A stretch of 64,000 nt of DNA, from contig OZ024741.1 in assembly GCA_964016885.1 (NCBI GenBank), positions 392,460,001 to 392,524,000 on the forward strand, written 5' to 3'. This DNA is from Eledone cirrhosa (taxonomy: Eukaryota). Below the pieces are notes generated by a model. The model searched no databases. It was given only the letters and a program-made list of their open reading frames with translations, and was not told the origin of the DNA. Made by a program: the position numbers and the translations under genes. Position 1 is the first letter of the stretch. The number at the start of each line of letters is the position of its first letter. Positions 38,401 through 53,600 of this stretch are shown one piece after another.

Positions 38401-41400
38401 ACCTCAAACACTCCTTCCAGCAGGTCCTGTCAGAAGCAACTGTCTCCAACTGATCTGGTTAGATCACCAAGCAAGACCAGTCAATCTCATGGATGTTATC
38501 CAACCAACTTGCTCGAGGTCTGCTTCTGGTTCTTCTGCCAATTGGTTTTGCCCATAAGATCTGTCCAGCATTTATTTCCTAGACATTCTAAACATGTCTA
38601 TAGTATCAGAGATGTGATCTCTTAATTCAGCAGATTTACCTGGCACGATTCTCTGATCTCTGAGTTACATACTATATTGAGTAACATAGAGCCTTTGGAG
38701 GAACCCCCATTTCAGCCACACACTATCAAGAGGAATGAAAAAGAACCAGACTGCATCGTCCTTAACGAGAGTTAACAAGGGACACATTTAGGCCATAGAT
38801 AGAGGGGCCTGTTTAAGAAATACATTGCAGTCTCCATTTTATACTGAAAAAACTAGCGAGGGGCCTGCTACCTGTCCTGGGAGGATGCAGATTGCATGTC
38901 CCAAGACCTCAAAGAGTGTTCAGAAGGGAGAAAACCTTGACAATTGGAAGATCAAAAATGCCATCAGAGCAAAGAAGGAGGCCTACAAATCTTGGCTTGG
39001 AAATAAGTCCTCCTTCTTGCACTTGTTGTACCAGCAGGCACGAAGACCTTATATAATAAATTGTATTGTTATCATTGCAGTTAATGTAAGATTCGAATAA
39101 ATTAATTTAATAATTTTTCTTAATCAAGATCACAGTATATATCTAACTATATATGGTCGGATAACTCAATAGAATTGAATGATTATATATGAAAATTTTA
39201 AAAATTTCTTAAACATCATCAAATTATCAGTTAATGACATATGGAATACTTGCTAGTATGCTGTTGTTAATGATGAATTCTATATCCTTCTGTACTACAT
39301 AATACAAGTAAAGGTAAATTTTATTTAGTGATACATGAATTCTGAAAACGGTTATGCATTACTACTTTAAATGTAATTTCTATTGATTGAACATTTTGGA
39401 GGGTGTAATTTCCATTGATAAAAACATTGTTGGCTCATTGTATTAAGTATATTAGCTACTCCCTTAAATTTATATAAATTAATAAATATAATTGTCTTTT
39501 ATTTAAATTTCTCTCTACATTTATATAAAACAAGTAGTATCAAAACTGCAAACTAAATGATCATATTTTTTAATGAATTTTGCTATTATATAATCTAACA
39601 GAACAAATAAAATAATGTTTATACCATTTTTGGCATCTTCATCAGTAGATTTTTCTTTGTTTTCTTCTTCTTTTTTAACTCTCCAGATTAAGCTCTTTAA
39701 TTTATCTTTCATAGATTTTGGAGAGTCATCTATAGGTTCAGCTTCATTTGGTTCAGTTTGTTTTTGTAATGTTGGCATTTGACAATGAGTCATTAAAGTA
39801 TGATGATAATTCAATAAAGACTCTCGAAAATCTTCTCGACATGCACAAATATCTTCATCGTATTCTTCTTCAGATTTGAATTTCAGAAGATTTTTCATCT
39901 AAAAAGTAAAAATTGATAAAATGAAATGAACAATTTTAACATTGAGAAACATCCTCATCATCATTAACATCATCATCAACATCATCATATTTACGTCCAC
40001 CTTCCATGCTGACATAGGTTACATGAGCTGTCAGATTCTGAGGCTAGACTGGTCAGGTGACCACATCTTGCTCATATGTTCCATATTTTGCATGGTTTCT
40101 ATTGCTGGATGCTCTTCTTAACACCAATTGGGTGGACCGGGTGCATATTTTCATGGCATCAGCACTATCATTTCACAGGGTAGTGGGTGTGATTTTTCAT
40201 GACACTAGCATTACCACTTTACAGGGTGACTAGGATGCATTTTATTGTGGCACCAGGACAAAAGAGGTTGTTATATGATTGTCTAGACTGAAGAGTTCTC
40301 TTAGACCCTATATATATTTGAAGCACTTTCTGATGGAATGGTTTTTATTCTTTTACCTCTTTAGCCCATGCAGTGGCCATGCTACTGCACTACTATTAGA
40401 GAAAAAACAAGCTGGTAAACTACTTTTATTCTTCAAATTACATCAAATTGCTTTAAAAAAAAAAATTCAAATTTGAAAACATTCCTATATAAATCTTTAA
40501 ATGAACATTCATCTCCTATATGGTTATTGATCATATGCACATTACTGGATGAAGGAGCTTGTAGATGACCTTCAGTGCTAATGTTCTTCCTAAAGAGTTT
40601 TCAGATTGATATTTCCTTTATTATAAAAGACCTATATCATGGCTGGAGTAATACCTATATAAATTACAGCTAGAAAAACTCAGATTAGATTCTACTGCAT
40701 AGTGTCATGAGCAAGTGTCATTTACCATAGCCCCAGATTGACCTATGATTTTAGTGAAGTTGGGTAGAAAGAAACTGTTTGGAAGCCCATTGTATGGACT
40801 GTACCTGTCACATTAATTTCATGATCAGGCCATTCTATTGATTGAACAGTTGGATCAATCATCAAAACTGATGGAGGTTTATTCCACTGATAGAAAATAA
40901 AATAGATAGACTGGGTACAGTTTTCAAGCAGTGAGACATGAATTCTTTTCAGTAATGTAACCTGTTTTATAATGAGCCACATATCAAGGAAATCTTGAAG
41001 TTAGGTGTGCCATTCAGGAAGCCAAATAGGCCTGTTTGCTTAACATACTAATAGAAAAAAAAAGCTTATATTGGACAATAAAATCCCTAACATATAAAAG
41101 ATGAGATAGTCATGTCTGAAGTGGCTTTGATGGTAAGTCTGTTTCATCAAGACTGAGCTTATACTAAGCTACAACAACAATAAATGTCAGAAAAATCATG
41201 AGTTTTTCAAAGTCACAAAACAACTTCTACTATATTTACAAGCTGGAGCATCATGGTTGCTTTCTACTTTCAAGGATTTTAGTTGATTATGTGGTACTTA
41301 ATTTATTCATCTTGTGTGAGATAAATGGAAAATTGGGCCTTGGTATAGAGGGGTGTAATGCAGACTAAGAGATTAACATTGGGGTTAAAATTGTAAATTT

Positions 41401-44400
41401 TCTATATTGTAGTTCCAATGCTAATATAGCAAAACTCACTTTCTACATACTCAGCTATCCTTTGCTGAGACACACAATCACTCACCCACACACGCACACA
41501 AACACACAAATACACACACACACACACACACATATATATATTGACTAAAGTGTGCAACTGTGGGCTCAAACAAAGAATCAACCTATGTAAATATGTATAT
41601 ATATCTATGAATAAATTATATACCTGTTGTTGTGGTGGACATCGAAATTCTCTGGTTTTCTTAGCAGTAACAGCAGAAGGAAGATCTGATTGTTTGATGG
41701 TATTGTAACGACGCAACTGGTCCTGAAAAAAGTATTTAAATACAAAACTTATGAAATATATTGCAGCTTAACAAATCAAGTGTATCTCTATCTTCAATAA
41801 TAATAAGGAATCTTCTATGGGATCGCTGAAATTGTTATAAATGGCAGTCAAATTCCCTTAAATTAAGTAAGGGAAGGACATACTAGAAAATTTAGTCTTT
41901 GATAACCCTAAAAGGAAGGGATGGCTACTGATAAAATGCTGTTGATCATATGTCTTTTCAAACATAACTGACCTGGGGATAAAGAGCATAAAGATAATAC
42001 AATACTCCTAATTGATGCTAATATATATATATATGCATTAGACAATGTGGTCACTAAATATCCCTGTAAATCATAAACCACCAGTACTATTTTTCTTTTT
42101 TTAATATTTAAAAAAATTCTATAATTTTTATAGATAGCCAGCATGATACCTGTCACATAGTGGTGAAACAATGCTATCTGGCCCTTAGAGGCCTTGAGCA
42201 GAGTCCATTGTGTTGTAAGCATTTACATAAAGGTCCCTGGTCAAAGAATAGGCTTCCCATAACAACTGGAGCCAGCAGGCTTCAACCATAGAGATGGTAA
42301 GCATCCTGACAGAATTACCCTCTTCTCATTCAAAGGAGTTAAGTCCCTCATCTGGGATGCCACATGCTGTGACATGTTATTCACCTTCAACATAATTACT
42401 TTGGTCACAAACCTTGGTGCTGCAATCCACAATGCAGAGGACAGAAGACAAGCAAATATTAGGGCTTGTCCAGTCACTTCATCTTAGCATTGGTCACTGT
42501 CCAGACCTCAGGTGTCCTTGAACCCTGTACTGCCAAGCTCTTCCATAAAATGAAAACTTCAGCAGCCCATCTGAGGAAGGAGCCTCACAAGGTAGAGTAG
42601 TTGTTGCAGCAGGTGTTACTGGCCATTGTCTGTGGAAATGCCTTTGCAGATTTGTCTATGGGGTACAGTTCAAACACAACCCCAGCCTAGGCACAGAGCC
42701 TATCACCCTCTCCTCTTCCCTCTCCCTTTCTTCCATGGCCTATTAGTCCTTGCTTTTCCCCTCCTTTTCCTCTCATTTATGGCATTTATAGCCATTTCCC
42801 TTACTTTCTTACACAACCAGATCTGCCCTTCTTTACCCCTCCCCTGCTCTTATATAATTTTGTTTTTATCTTTTTTTTCATATTTACATCAATAATTGTA
42901 ATTTTTTTATACAACTGTGAATAAAAACGTATATTTGATAATTATACAAATATTCTCAACTTCTAAAAAAACATTTAATATCTTGATGTTCTACTTTCTA
43001 TTTACATTAAACTATAAATCATAGTTTCTTCCCCTCTTTTCCCAACAGGTAATTCAAAATGTTCATGTGCGCTGATATTTTACCAAGCCATAAAAAAAAA
43101 TTGCACTTAGAATTTCTTTCAATCACCTGCCTTGTATGATATCTACCCAGCTGTTTTCAATTCACTGCTAGATGAAGCCTTAGCATCTATGTTGGTTTTA
43201 AGTCTACCTGTCCATATTAGTCAAGTATGGCATAGACTGAGTAAAAAATTTGAACTCAGAATACAAAGAATTTTGACCAAATCTATCAATAGAAATATTT
43301 ATTCATTTATCAACCCTGAAAGGATAAAAGTTAAAGTTGACTTTGTCAGGATATAAACTTAGAGCACAGAGAGCTGGAATAAATACTGCAAAGCATTATT
43401 TACCTTACAATGATATATCTCTCCAACCCATATCTATCAAGTCACACTGTTCCCATGACTGTGGGTGTTATTGTGATAGGACAGTTCTATTTTGAACCAA
43501 ACCACTTTTATTTTTTTTACTGGTTTCAGTCTGTAATTATGCTGTAATTATTGAATCTATAATTATGACTTATAACAATTTAATCAATTATATCAACCCT
43601 AGTACTTTTGATTTTCAATTCTGGTACTTATCTTTTTGATCACATTTTGTTGAACAGGTACGTTTTAGGACATAAACAGTAAACATAAATGCAGTTACAG
43701 ATATGGACACACACACACACTGACACACAGACACATACACATTAAAATTTAGAATTTAGAATTGAAAGTATAAAACAAAGGTCAAGTTATAAACTTACTG
43801 TTTGGCATTCTCCCACAAATTGATCAGAAAATGCAACAATAGTCTCAACACGATGTCGTAGCTGGCAGTCACATAAGTGTTGGAGGATCCGACACATCTG
43901 TTGAAAGAATATTTATAATATATTACCATCTTAATTAAACTTCAATAGTTAAACATTTTTCTGCAATTATAGTTTATCATATGGAGCACATCACTCAGTT
44001 ATTTCCCAGTCAAAACCGGCTCTAAAATGATTTTATGTGTCATGTTACTCTCTTAGAAATGAAATAATTAATAATTTTAATAAATTCCTTAAAATTCTTA
44101 TTAGATTGAAATAGAGTTTATTTCATAAGAAATGTGGCCACAAAAGGATTAAACAATCCTATTTTTCCATATCAATTGATGTACAATTGTGTACATATAT
44201 TAGGTGATTATTGTATCACTATTGTATCCCTATTTCAGCAAGTTATGATTTACCAAGGAGGTCCGAATAAGACAGAACTCTCTTGTGTATTTACTAGAAA
44301 AATGAAAACAATTTTAGTTTTTTACTAATATTGCTTCTTTTCTCACTACATATTTATTTCTAGTTACTATTTCAATGTTCCTCAAATTAAATATATTTAC

Positions 44401-47400
44401 CTACCTTTAATTAATCATTGAGATAACTAAATTTGCACATGTATAATGTTTATTAATAAGAAAAATTGACCAAATCTTACAAAATTAGGAATAATTAAAA
44501 ATGCTCATTTAAATCAATATTTGTTATACTACTAATAATTATGCTGATAATATCCTGCCCATATTTCTGTAATGTTGGTAAGAATTATTTTTAAAATATA
44601 ATTATTAAAAGAATAAAATGGTCACATACCTCAAATTTGACTGGTTCTGCTAACTCCATACTAAGTAAGCCATGTTTTACTGAAACTGGGGGAAAATAAA
44701 ATACATTAATATTAACATATTCTAGTCCCAATTATGTGTAATGAGGGATTGTGTCAGAACTGTTCATATTTGGTACACCCTACTATCACCCTTCTGCACT
44801 GCTAGCTATCTTTCCTTCTCTTCACGGCCATTCATCGTTAACATCCATTATTCTCTTACTTTTGCTCATATCTATTACTATCTATCCCTTCTCTCTTTCT
44901 TTCTCTTTCTCTTACTAACAAATAGATAACTGCCATACCTGTTTCTATTGCATTACCCCCCTATATCATCTCAAATACTCTATTTCTTACATTGTACTTT
45001 CTTCTTTCATCCTCTTGCCTTTGTTTCTCTCCTGCTCTCTCTCTCTCTCTTCTATTCACCCCATTAGTTAGGTTGTTTTCAGTGAACAGAGTAAACAAAG
45101 TGTAGAGAGATATTTTCCGAGTAATGTAGAATATAAGGCAACTTCCCTAGTACTGATACCATAATAAAATGCACCCAGTGCAATCTGTAAAGTAATTTGC
45201 CTAACACACATGGACATGCTTACAAAGTCAGAAAACAGCACAGTTCCCATGACTTTCAGAAATATTTTTCCACGCTCAGAGTTTCTGAAGCATGGAACAA
45301 ACTATTTGCATCAGTTATTAGCTGCCGAGACACTGCATCCTTTAAAACACTACACCTGATATCCCCCCTCCATACACACGCACACATGTATATCATGACT
45401 CCTACACTGTTCACTTTCCTGACATTTGTACATTATTCTATGTACTATACATGCACTTTTGATGAGTTGTAGTGCACCTGAGCACTGTACACAATAATTT
45501 CATTATTATATTATTATTATTAATCGTAGAACCCTTGACAAAAATCTAATATGTGAGTACAACATGGTCTCTCACCCATGAAAAATAGCAGTAATATTTG
45601 GAATATAACACAAATTCACACCATGAGGACCCATCTAAATCATACCATCCTGGAAACCGAATGCAAAATAAAGATGATGATTTTGATAGAAGTGTTATAA
45701 CAAACATTTAAATATTAATAAAGTTAATGCTGAAGAGAAGACTATGCTTAATTCTTTTGTATCAAAATTTTAATTAACCTACCAGCATGAAATATTTTCA
45801 TTGAATTAAAATTTCATAGATATAAATTATGTCCGTCCTTTTCTAACTGACACTGAAGTTGGTGCCATACTTCAATTTAAAAGATCCGTTTTCAAGCTAG
45901 ACTGTCATATTTCAAGAGTCTCTATCCACAGACACAGCTACTCCTTTATCAGTGGCATTTTCAGTACGTGTGTTTACATAGTGTAAATATCAAGTAGTAT
46001 TTCTTTGTCAAATATTCCAAAACATTTTAATGAATTAAAAGGACACCTGCAATAAGCTGATCATCAATTCCATATTCCTGCACAACCTTCCACAGCAGGT
46101 CCCGAGAAAGTGGTCATATGTCTTCTGAAGGTCGACAAAACAAGAATATACTTTTTTGCAATACTCCCACGGTTTCTCGAATACTTGCCACAATTTGAAT
46201 ATTTGGTCATCTGTGCTACATTCGGAGTGAAAACGAGACTGTTCACCAGCTTACTTGGACACGACAATCTCCCTGCATCATTTTGCCAGACACATAGCAT
46301 AGACTTTACTGGGGAGGCTTAACTAGGACATCCCTCTGTAATTGTCTCCTTTTTTTAAATATTGGGATTATCCCTCCCAATTGCCATTGCTTAGGTGCCC
46401 TTCCAGAGATCCAGGCGACCCAGCACACACGAGTCAGCCAGAGAATACCTTCTATATTTAAAGCTTTTACCATCTCAGGCCAGATTTCATCTTCCCCAGT
46501 GGCTTTGTCACATTTGAGTTCTTTAACTGCTCTTGTGACCTCAGCCTCTGAGAAATTAGTCATCACTCCCAGATGCACTTTGTGTACATCTGAAGATGCT
46601 GTTGTGATTGGGTTTAGGAGATCAGCAAAGTATTCTCTTTCCCTTGCAAGGTTGGACCTCTCTGAATAGAGGAGAATCCCAGATGTGTTCTTGATAGCAG
46701 GTGTGGAGGAGGGCTTCTTATTACAAAGTCAGCAGATGGTCTATCAGAACACTTTATTTGCTGCTCTGAAGTCAGATTCCAGCTTAAATCAAATCTTCCC
46801 ATGTCTTAACATTGGATGCTTTTACTGTTTCTGCTGTGATTTTTCATGCCGAGCTTTGTAAGTCTCCTTTACTTGGATGGCATTTTTGACTTCTTGATTG
46901 AACCAAGGAGTCTTCCTGGCATTCAGCACCACACCAAACTGCTTTCACCCTGGCTTCCCTGATGTCTCAATACAAATGCCCAAGAATTTGTGTTTGGATA
47001 AATGGTGCTAAATCGAAATCATTCAGTGTGAGAGTTGGACTCTATCAAGGGTGCATACTGCCACCTCTCCTGTTCATTATTTACATGAACAGGATTGACA
47101 TGTGCAGCCAGATTGGAAATGGTATAATGACTGGCAGGTTTAAAATCAGTTGGTTGGAATTTGCAGATGACATGGTGCTACACAACTTGACAAAAGATAA
47201 TTTTTGACTTGTACTTGATAGGCTTGAAGCTGAGTACTGCATGGTTGGAGTGAAAATCAGTGCTACAAAAACTGAGACACTCCTTCACTCAAGGAAGCCT
47301 GTGCAGTGCACGCTACATATGAATGGAATTCCACTGAAGTAGATAGAGAAGTTCAAGTATTTTGGGACTGTGTTCATGAGTGATGTAAGGATGAGTGATG

Positions 47401-48202
47401 GAGGCTGAATTAAGTGCAAGAATTGCAAAAGCTGATGCAGTAATCAAAAGAAGGGAGATAGACGTAAAAGCCAAACTTGTCTTCAATTTGGTTTTTGTGC
47501 CAACCTTTACATATGGTCATGAATCTTGGGTAATGACCAAAAGAATACAATCGCAAATACAAGCGGCCAAAATGGGATTCCTCCAGAGAGTCTTTGGAGT
47601 AACATTACTCAATAAAGTGCATAGCTCAGAGATCAGAGAGTCACTGCAGGTAGAGCCACCACTTCTCCGAATTGAGAGATCACAGCTCCACTACTGTGGA
47701 CATGTGGTTAGAATGTCTCAGGAAAGAATCACTGGTCAGATTTTATAGTAAAAACCAACAGGGGTAGACCCAGAGCAAGATGGTTTGATAACATCCATGA
47801 GCTTGGTTGGTCACACTTAGGGATCCAGCCAGATCAGTTGGAGATGGTTGCTTCTGACAGGACCCATTTGAGGACTCTCCTCCCATGACCCTCTCAAGAA
47901 GAAGAAGAAGAAGAAGAAGAAGAAGAAGAAGAAGAAGAAGAAGAAGAAGCGTAATAAACAGAAAAGTTATTCATATGAATGGTAAGTGAAAGTTTATAGA
48001 GAAAATTTCACATTTCTTCTAGTTAGAATATTTTCAAAGTTATAACTCTTAAACTAAGGAAATTATATCTTAAGCAAACATATAAAACCCATCCAACCTT
48101 TTCTAGCAGGTAAGTCAGACATTAAATGACGATAATGATGATAAAACTATTTTTATTAGATTTTAAAAAATGAAGTTTAGTTTACCTAGGACTAAAAATA
48201 AA

Positions 48203-48262
<60 letters not shown>

Positions 48263-50570
48263 AAGGCATTATTTGGTAAAACAATAATCCTAAACTAATT
48301 ACTGTTAATTGGATGATAAATTCCAGAAGAAATAATAATTTCAGTACAGAGAAGTGTATGTGTTTAAAACATATGCACAGGTATAGCCTTGTACTTAGTA
48401 AGTTCACATGGTTCTAGGTTTGATTATTGTGACACACCTTAAGCAGAAGCCTTCTACTGTGTCCTTGGGTGGCATAATGCCTTGTGAGTAGAATTGACAG
48501 AAACTGTATGGAAAAACCTGTGTCTGTGTGTGTATACATATGTGTATGTGAATGTTTGTGTTCATGACTGTGTTTGTGTCTATGTTTAACAGTGTAAACC
48601 AGTGTATTAGGTTGTATCCCTTTAGGTTAAAAAATAACTTAGCAAATCAGTAAAATAAGTACCAGGTCAATATGATCAACTAAAACACTTGAAGGCAGTA
48701 AACCAGGATGGTGGCAGTCCAATGACTGAAACCAGTAAAAGAAGAAAAGAAAGCTTTTTTGTGGAATGAAACTTAGAAGTATATTCCAAGTTCTCAGCAA
48801 AATAATGGAAAGACCAAATAGAGTTTCTCTTAAAGTAAGACTTCACTGAAAGTAAGTTTTGTAGGAATCTGTTTTTTTTTATATTTGTTTTGTAGTTTGC
48901 AGTAATTTATAAAATTAGTTAAATTCTTTATAGAATAGTTAAGTTCTTTATAGAATTAGTTAAGTTCTTTATGTCAATAAGAAATGATAGAATATTTACC
49001 TCGTTCTCCATTAGGATCAAATGCAGGTGGGTCAATGAGACTTAGCAATATTAAGAGATCATCATCATTCAAGAGTCCCATCAATAGAAGGTTGTCACAG
49101 ACTCGAAATAGTGGACTTACAACATGAAGAGAAAAATATTTTAAAAGTGAGGCATTGTTATGAATATTTGAAAAGTGAGCGATTTTCTTAATATTTAGAA
49201 TACATTACTTTTTTTTATTTTTCGAATAAACATAGTAAAAACAAAAAGTAAACAAACAAAACAACAAAATAGCAAACTCCACATCATACATAGAATAGCA
49301 TATCTCAACTAAGTTCCATGGACAAGAAGACAAAAATATTGCCATAAAGAACAGCCAGTGATAGCCAATCCACCTCATAGGAATCCTTCTGTAACTGTGA
49401 TCACTTCATCTTAATAGGACAAAGGAGAGTGGCAGTTTACATATTCACATTGGTTGAAGACACTAGATGTGTCAACAGTAATTAATGTGAAAAGGAATTT
49501 GTCTATTAATGATTAGCATCTATTCATCTTCTGCTTTGTTGCATTACATATAGCAACTCCTGGGTTTATAGTTGAAATAACAAGGTTGGCACTTAAGAAT
49601 ATGCTACAACACATGATGTACCAGATGAATAACTTTCACTCCTTGAACAGAAAAAAGGGTTGCTCCATGTAGGAGCTTGCCATTGCCATGGTCTTGACTA
49701 ACATGTTTCAGTTATGATAGAAAACTGGCAGCAGCAAGTCTTTTTTTAATGGCATCACTCAGTGTGGTATGGCAAGGGAGACACCCTGTGATGATGAACC
49801 AGTGATGATAGCTCCATAGCAGCAATTATATGGCTCATACATAAAGACTGAGATGCAGTGCAAATTCCATGCCTGTGGACCCATTGTCTAAAAGAGTGAA
49901 AGTAACATTTTGAAGCAGATACCAATGTTTGGTTATAAGGAAGTCCAAAGTCAGGCAAGACAGTGTTGTTTGAGGTATGACAGGATCATCATACTGCTGG
50001 AACTATAGTTGATATAGTCCTAATTGCATTCATTAGCTGCAACCTGGGGCCAGTAAAGCTATGGTGCATTATAAAGAAAAAAGAAAACAATCAGTGCATT
50101 ACTTCTGATGGCTATATTTTAGTACATTACTAGAATATTTCGAAATATTGGAACACTAAATACAGAATTTCTTTTTATATAGAAACAAAGCAAGCAATAA
50201 GAATATGTGCAATACTCACACAAAGAGATTCTCATTGCTTCCACCAATTGGATCTCTGATATGAGAAGCACCTTTTACTACAGCTTCATTCAGGGAGTAT
50301 ATTACATGTTGTTTTAGTATATCCATTGGATAATATGGACAGAGGGACTCTTTGGGGATAGTTTTAGATCTGAAATTATGAAATAATAAATAAAATAGTT
50401 TAGCTTAATTAGGGGATATAAAAACTGCAAATTTTAGATTCGTTAGACTATTGGAATGACTTGTGGCATTTGTTCTGGCTCTCTGTACTCTGATTTCAAA
50501 TCCCACTGAAGTCAATTTGTCTTTTACCGTTTTGGGTTGAAAAATAATTTACCAGTTAAGTAATGTGTTT

Positions 50571-50614
<44 letters not shown>

Positions 50615-53600
50615 TTATGTTGAGCCTTGAAAAGGGTCACAAGAGACTATTCACAGCATCATTTCCTCCAGGATTGGAGAAGGGTGGAGAAAGGAGTTAG
50701 CAATCACTTCTCACAGAAAAACTGATAAGCTACATTATAGTGTAGGACATTCTAATTGATATTTCCTAGTTTACTGTCTATGGATTTAAGTTTCTAAAAG
50801 GTTGACATAGTTTTTATATTTCTCTGATAAATTAAACACCAAGAGAACTAATCCTTAATAAACTGGTTTAAGGGTTTGAATAAGCAGAGTTATTAGAGTG
50901 TTAGATTAAATGCCTCAGTAGTTGTACCAGGTTTCTATGTTCTGAGTTTAAATCCTTCTGAGGTCAACATTGCTGTTCATCCTTCTGAGGTTAATAAAGT
51001 ACCAGTCAGGTGGTATGGCTGATAGGTGGAATTGTTAAAGTAAGATACTTTGAAGTATCTAATTTAACTCTGTCTTTTTTAGTTCAAATATTGCTTCCAT
51101 CTGCCAGGAATTGCGATCAGCAGATAGTATCAGCAATAAAAAGACCAATTGAAACCTTGGTCTGATCTGACAATTGGTTTCTGTCCCTTTTTTTAATAGT
51201 TCTGGAAATGTAATAAGCTGCATACCTCACATCGAGCTTAGTTCTGAGAGAATTTTGTTTAGATTAAGTTTCAGTCTTAGGTCCTAATTATTTCTAGAAT
51301 AGTTAGCCATCAATGCATACCAGCCATGATAACAGAAACAATTCTATGCTAGAAATAGCAGCCAAATCTCCCTCAAACTACATTCTAATATCTTATAAAA
51401 AGGACACATTAGAGAATTATAGTCCTCAATATACTGTATCTGAATAAAGGACAGGTTGATGACCTAGAGCAATATAACTGCAATAACAAATATGTTTGAT
51501 TTATTGTAAGTTTATAAAACGTTGGGACTAATAAATCATTCAGAATATATTAGAATTTTAACAGAAAGGAAAGTGTTTCATGTCACAAACCTGTCTTCAA
51601 TTTCTTTTTCAGTGGTATAAAGGCAAGGACGAATTGATACACTATCTTCCATTTTGGGGATAGTCTCATTTATTTTGATTGTTGGTGCATCCGAATTTGT
51701 TTTACGGTATAAAGATAAGGTTCTGGTTCTTTCACTGCGGGGTATGATGTATTCATTCTGAGTCATAAACCTAGGAAATTTTAAAAGTATTATATTATTT
51801 TCTCTTGAAGTAATCAAAGCATAAAGATCACAATTTGAGACAAACAGAAATAACTTATTACAAAAACTTATTATTCTATTAAACTATGGGCACTGCTACT
51901 GCTTCATGTGTATAAATGTTATGGAGAACTTATCCCTATATGAATTGATTGAATTGAAGTTAATTTTAATTAGAAAAGAATAAAAAGTACTTACCTGGCT
52001 TTACTATGATAATCCATATGCATAGCAATAAGTAAACCATGAAATCCATGTCTTAAAGGACCTGACATATCTAATGAGGAAAAAGAAAATTTGTTTAAAA
52101 AACCTCAAAAAGCAACAATCCAAAGCAAAACAAATTTAAAGCAACTTTTTGAAATACTGTACTGTAATTAACTTTGAAGATAATCAAGAATTTGGTGGGG
52201 CTTTACTAAAATAAGTTTTCATTATTTAGCTGGTGTTTGGAACATAAAAAATTCTTACATAGAATTATAAGGGAATGTTTTAATTTTAATATCAAATTTT
52301 AAAATCGGGTGGGTTTTGCATCATAGATCCATAGCTGTTCTGAGGCATGTTGGTATCAACAATTAAAACTTGTTTCAAGTCTTAATTTTCAGGAGACTCT
52401 GCCTTTACTAAAGACAGGCTAAACATTCTTAAATCACTGATCAATTGTAATCTAAACAAATCTACTGACAAGTCTTGGATACAGAATTTATGACTTAATC
52501 TCAAGTATTCTGATGGCTTCCACCATGCTCTTATTCTACAGAAGCTAGGACCAGGCTACACTCCAATAGTAATAAGTATGTTTTACATTGGAATATTACA
52601 TAAGATTCATAGATCTAATGAGGGGACCTCTGTGTGATCAGGAAAACTGCTAAAATAGTAGCCAAATATCTCTCAAATCACACTATTTAAAAATAAATAA
52701 AGGACAAATTAGATATCACTGTTCAGGTAGGGCTGGTGCTAAGTTATTCAGCATCCTAAACCAGCCTTAGAATGTATTCTCCATTTTCTCAGCCCTGACT
52801 GTATATTGAATACAGTCAGGAGTGTCTGTGATGCTCCAAGATTAAACCTAGTTTACCTCGTGTTTATTACCAACCTCAGACAGTACACTGTGCCTAGGAA
52901 AAGAAAGATGGGATAGATATAACAGGAATGTCTTTTGTTATATGTCTGGGTTTAGGGTTGACCTGAAACTAAACAGCAACAGCAACTATAGTAATATATA
53001 ATTGCTTTGACTTGGCACACAACTAATGTTTTGAGATTAGTTATATAGTCAACCAAATTGATTTTTATATATTGCTTGTACTTATTTAATCAATCTTAAA
53101 GGGCTGAAAAGCAAAATTTGAATTGAGAATGTAGAGTGGTGAAGCTAACTTCTAAAGTATTATACCAATTCTGCCCTCTACCCACCCCAATAATATAAAA
53201 AATATATTCAACATACATTCACTTTCAATACAATAATACAACTGTTTCTGGTCAATGTGTTTGGTAAGTGCATGGGCAACTCGGTGATTGCCATGAGAAC
53301 AGACTGCTTGGTACAAATCTAGGGTTCGTGCATGAAAACTGTAAAAAAGAATAAGAAACTTTTTTAGCATGACATATATATCTGAACTTAAAGTAATAAT
53401 ACATCATTATCATTTCATGTTCATATTTCTATGCTGGCATAGGGCACATTAGATAATGTAGATCAGTATATACTATTTCTGAAAAATAAATCAGGCTGGA
53501 CATGACTTGAATGACTTTCCCCATAAGTCTGTTTGATTAGAGTCAAAGAATTATAGGAAATGGACAAATGTCGTAGTCATGTTTTTCTCAAGAACATTAA

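Noticed and set aside
52793-52820. 11-bp hairpin resembling a terminator
   Set aside because: Eukaryotic intron, no U-tract; probably repeat-derived
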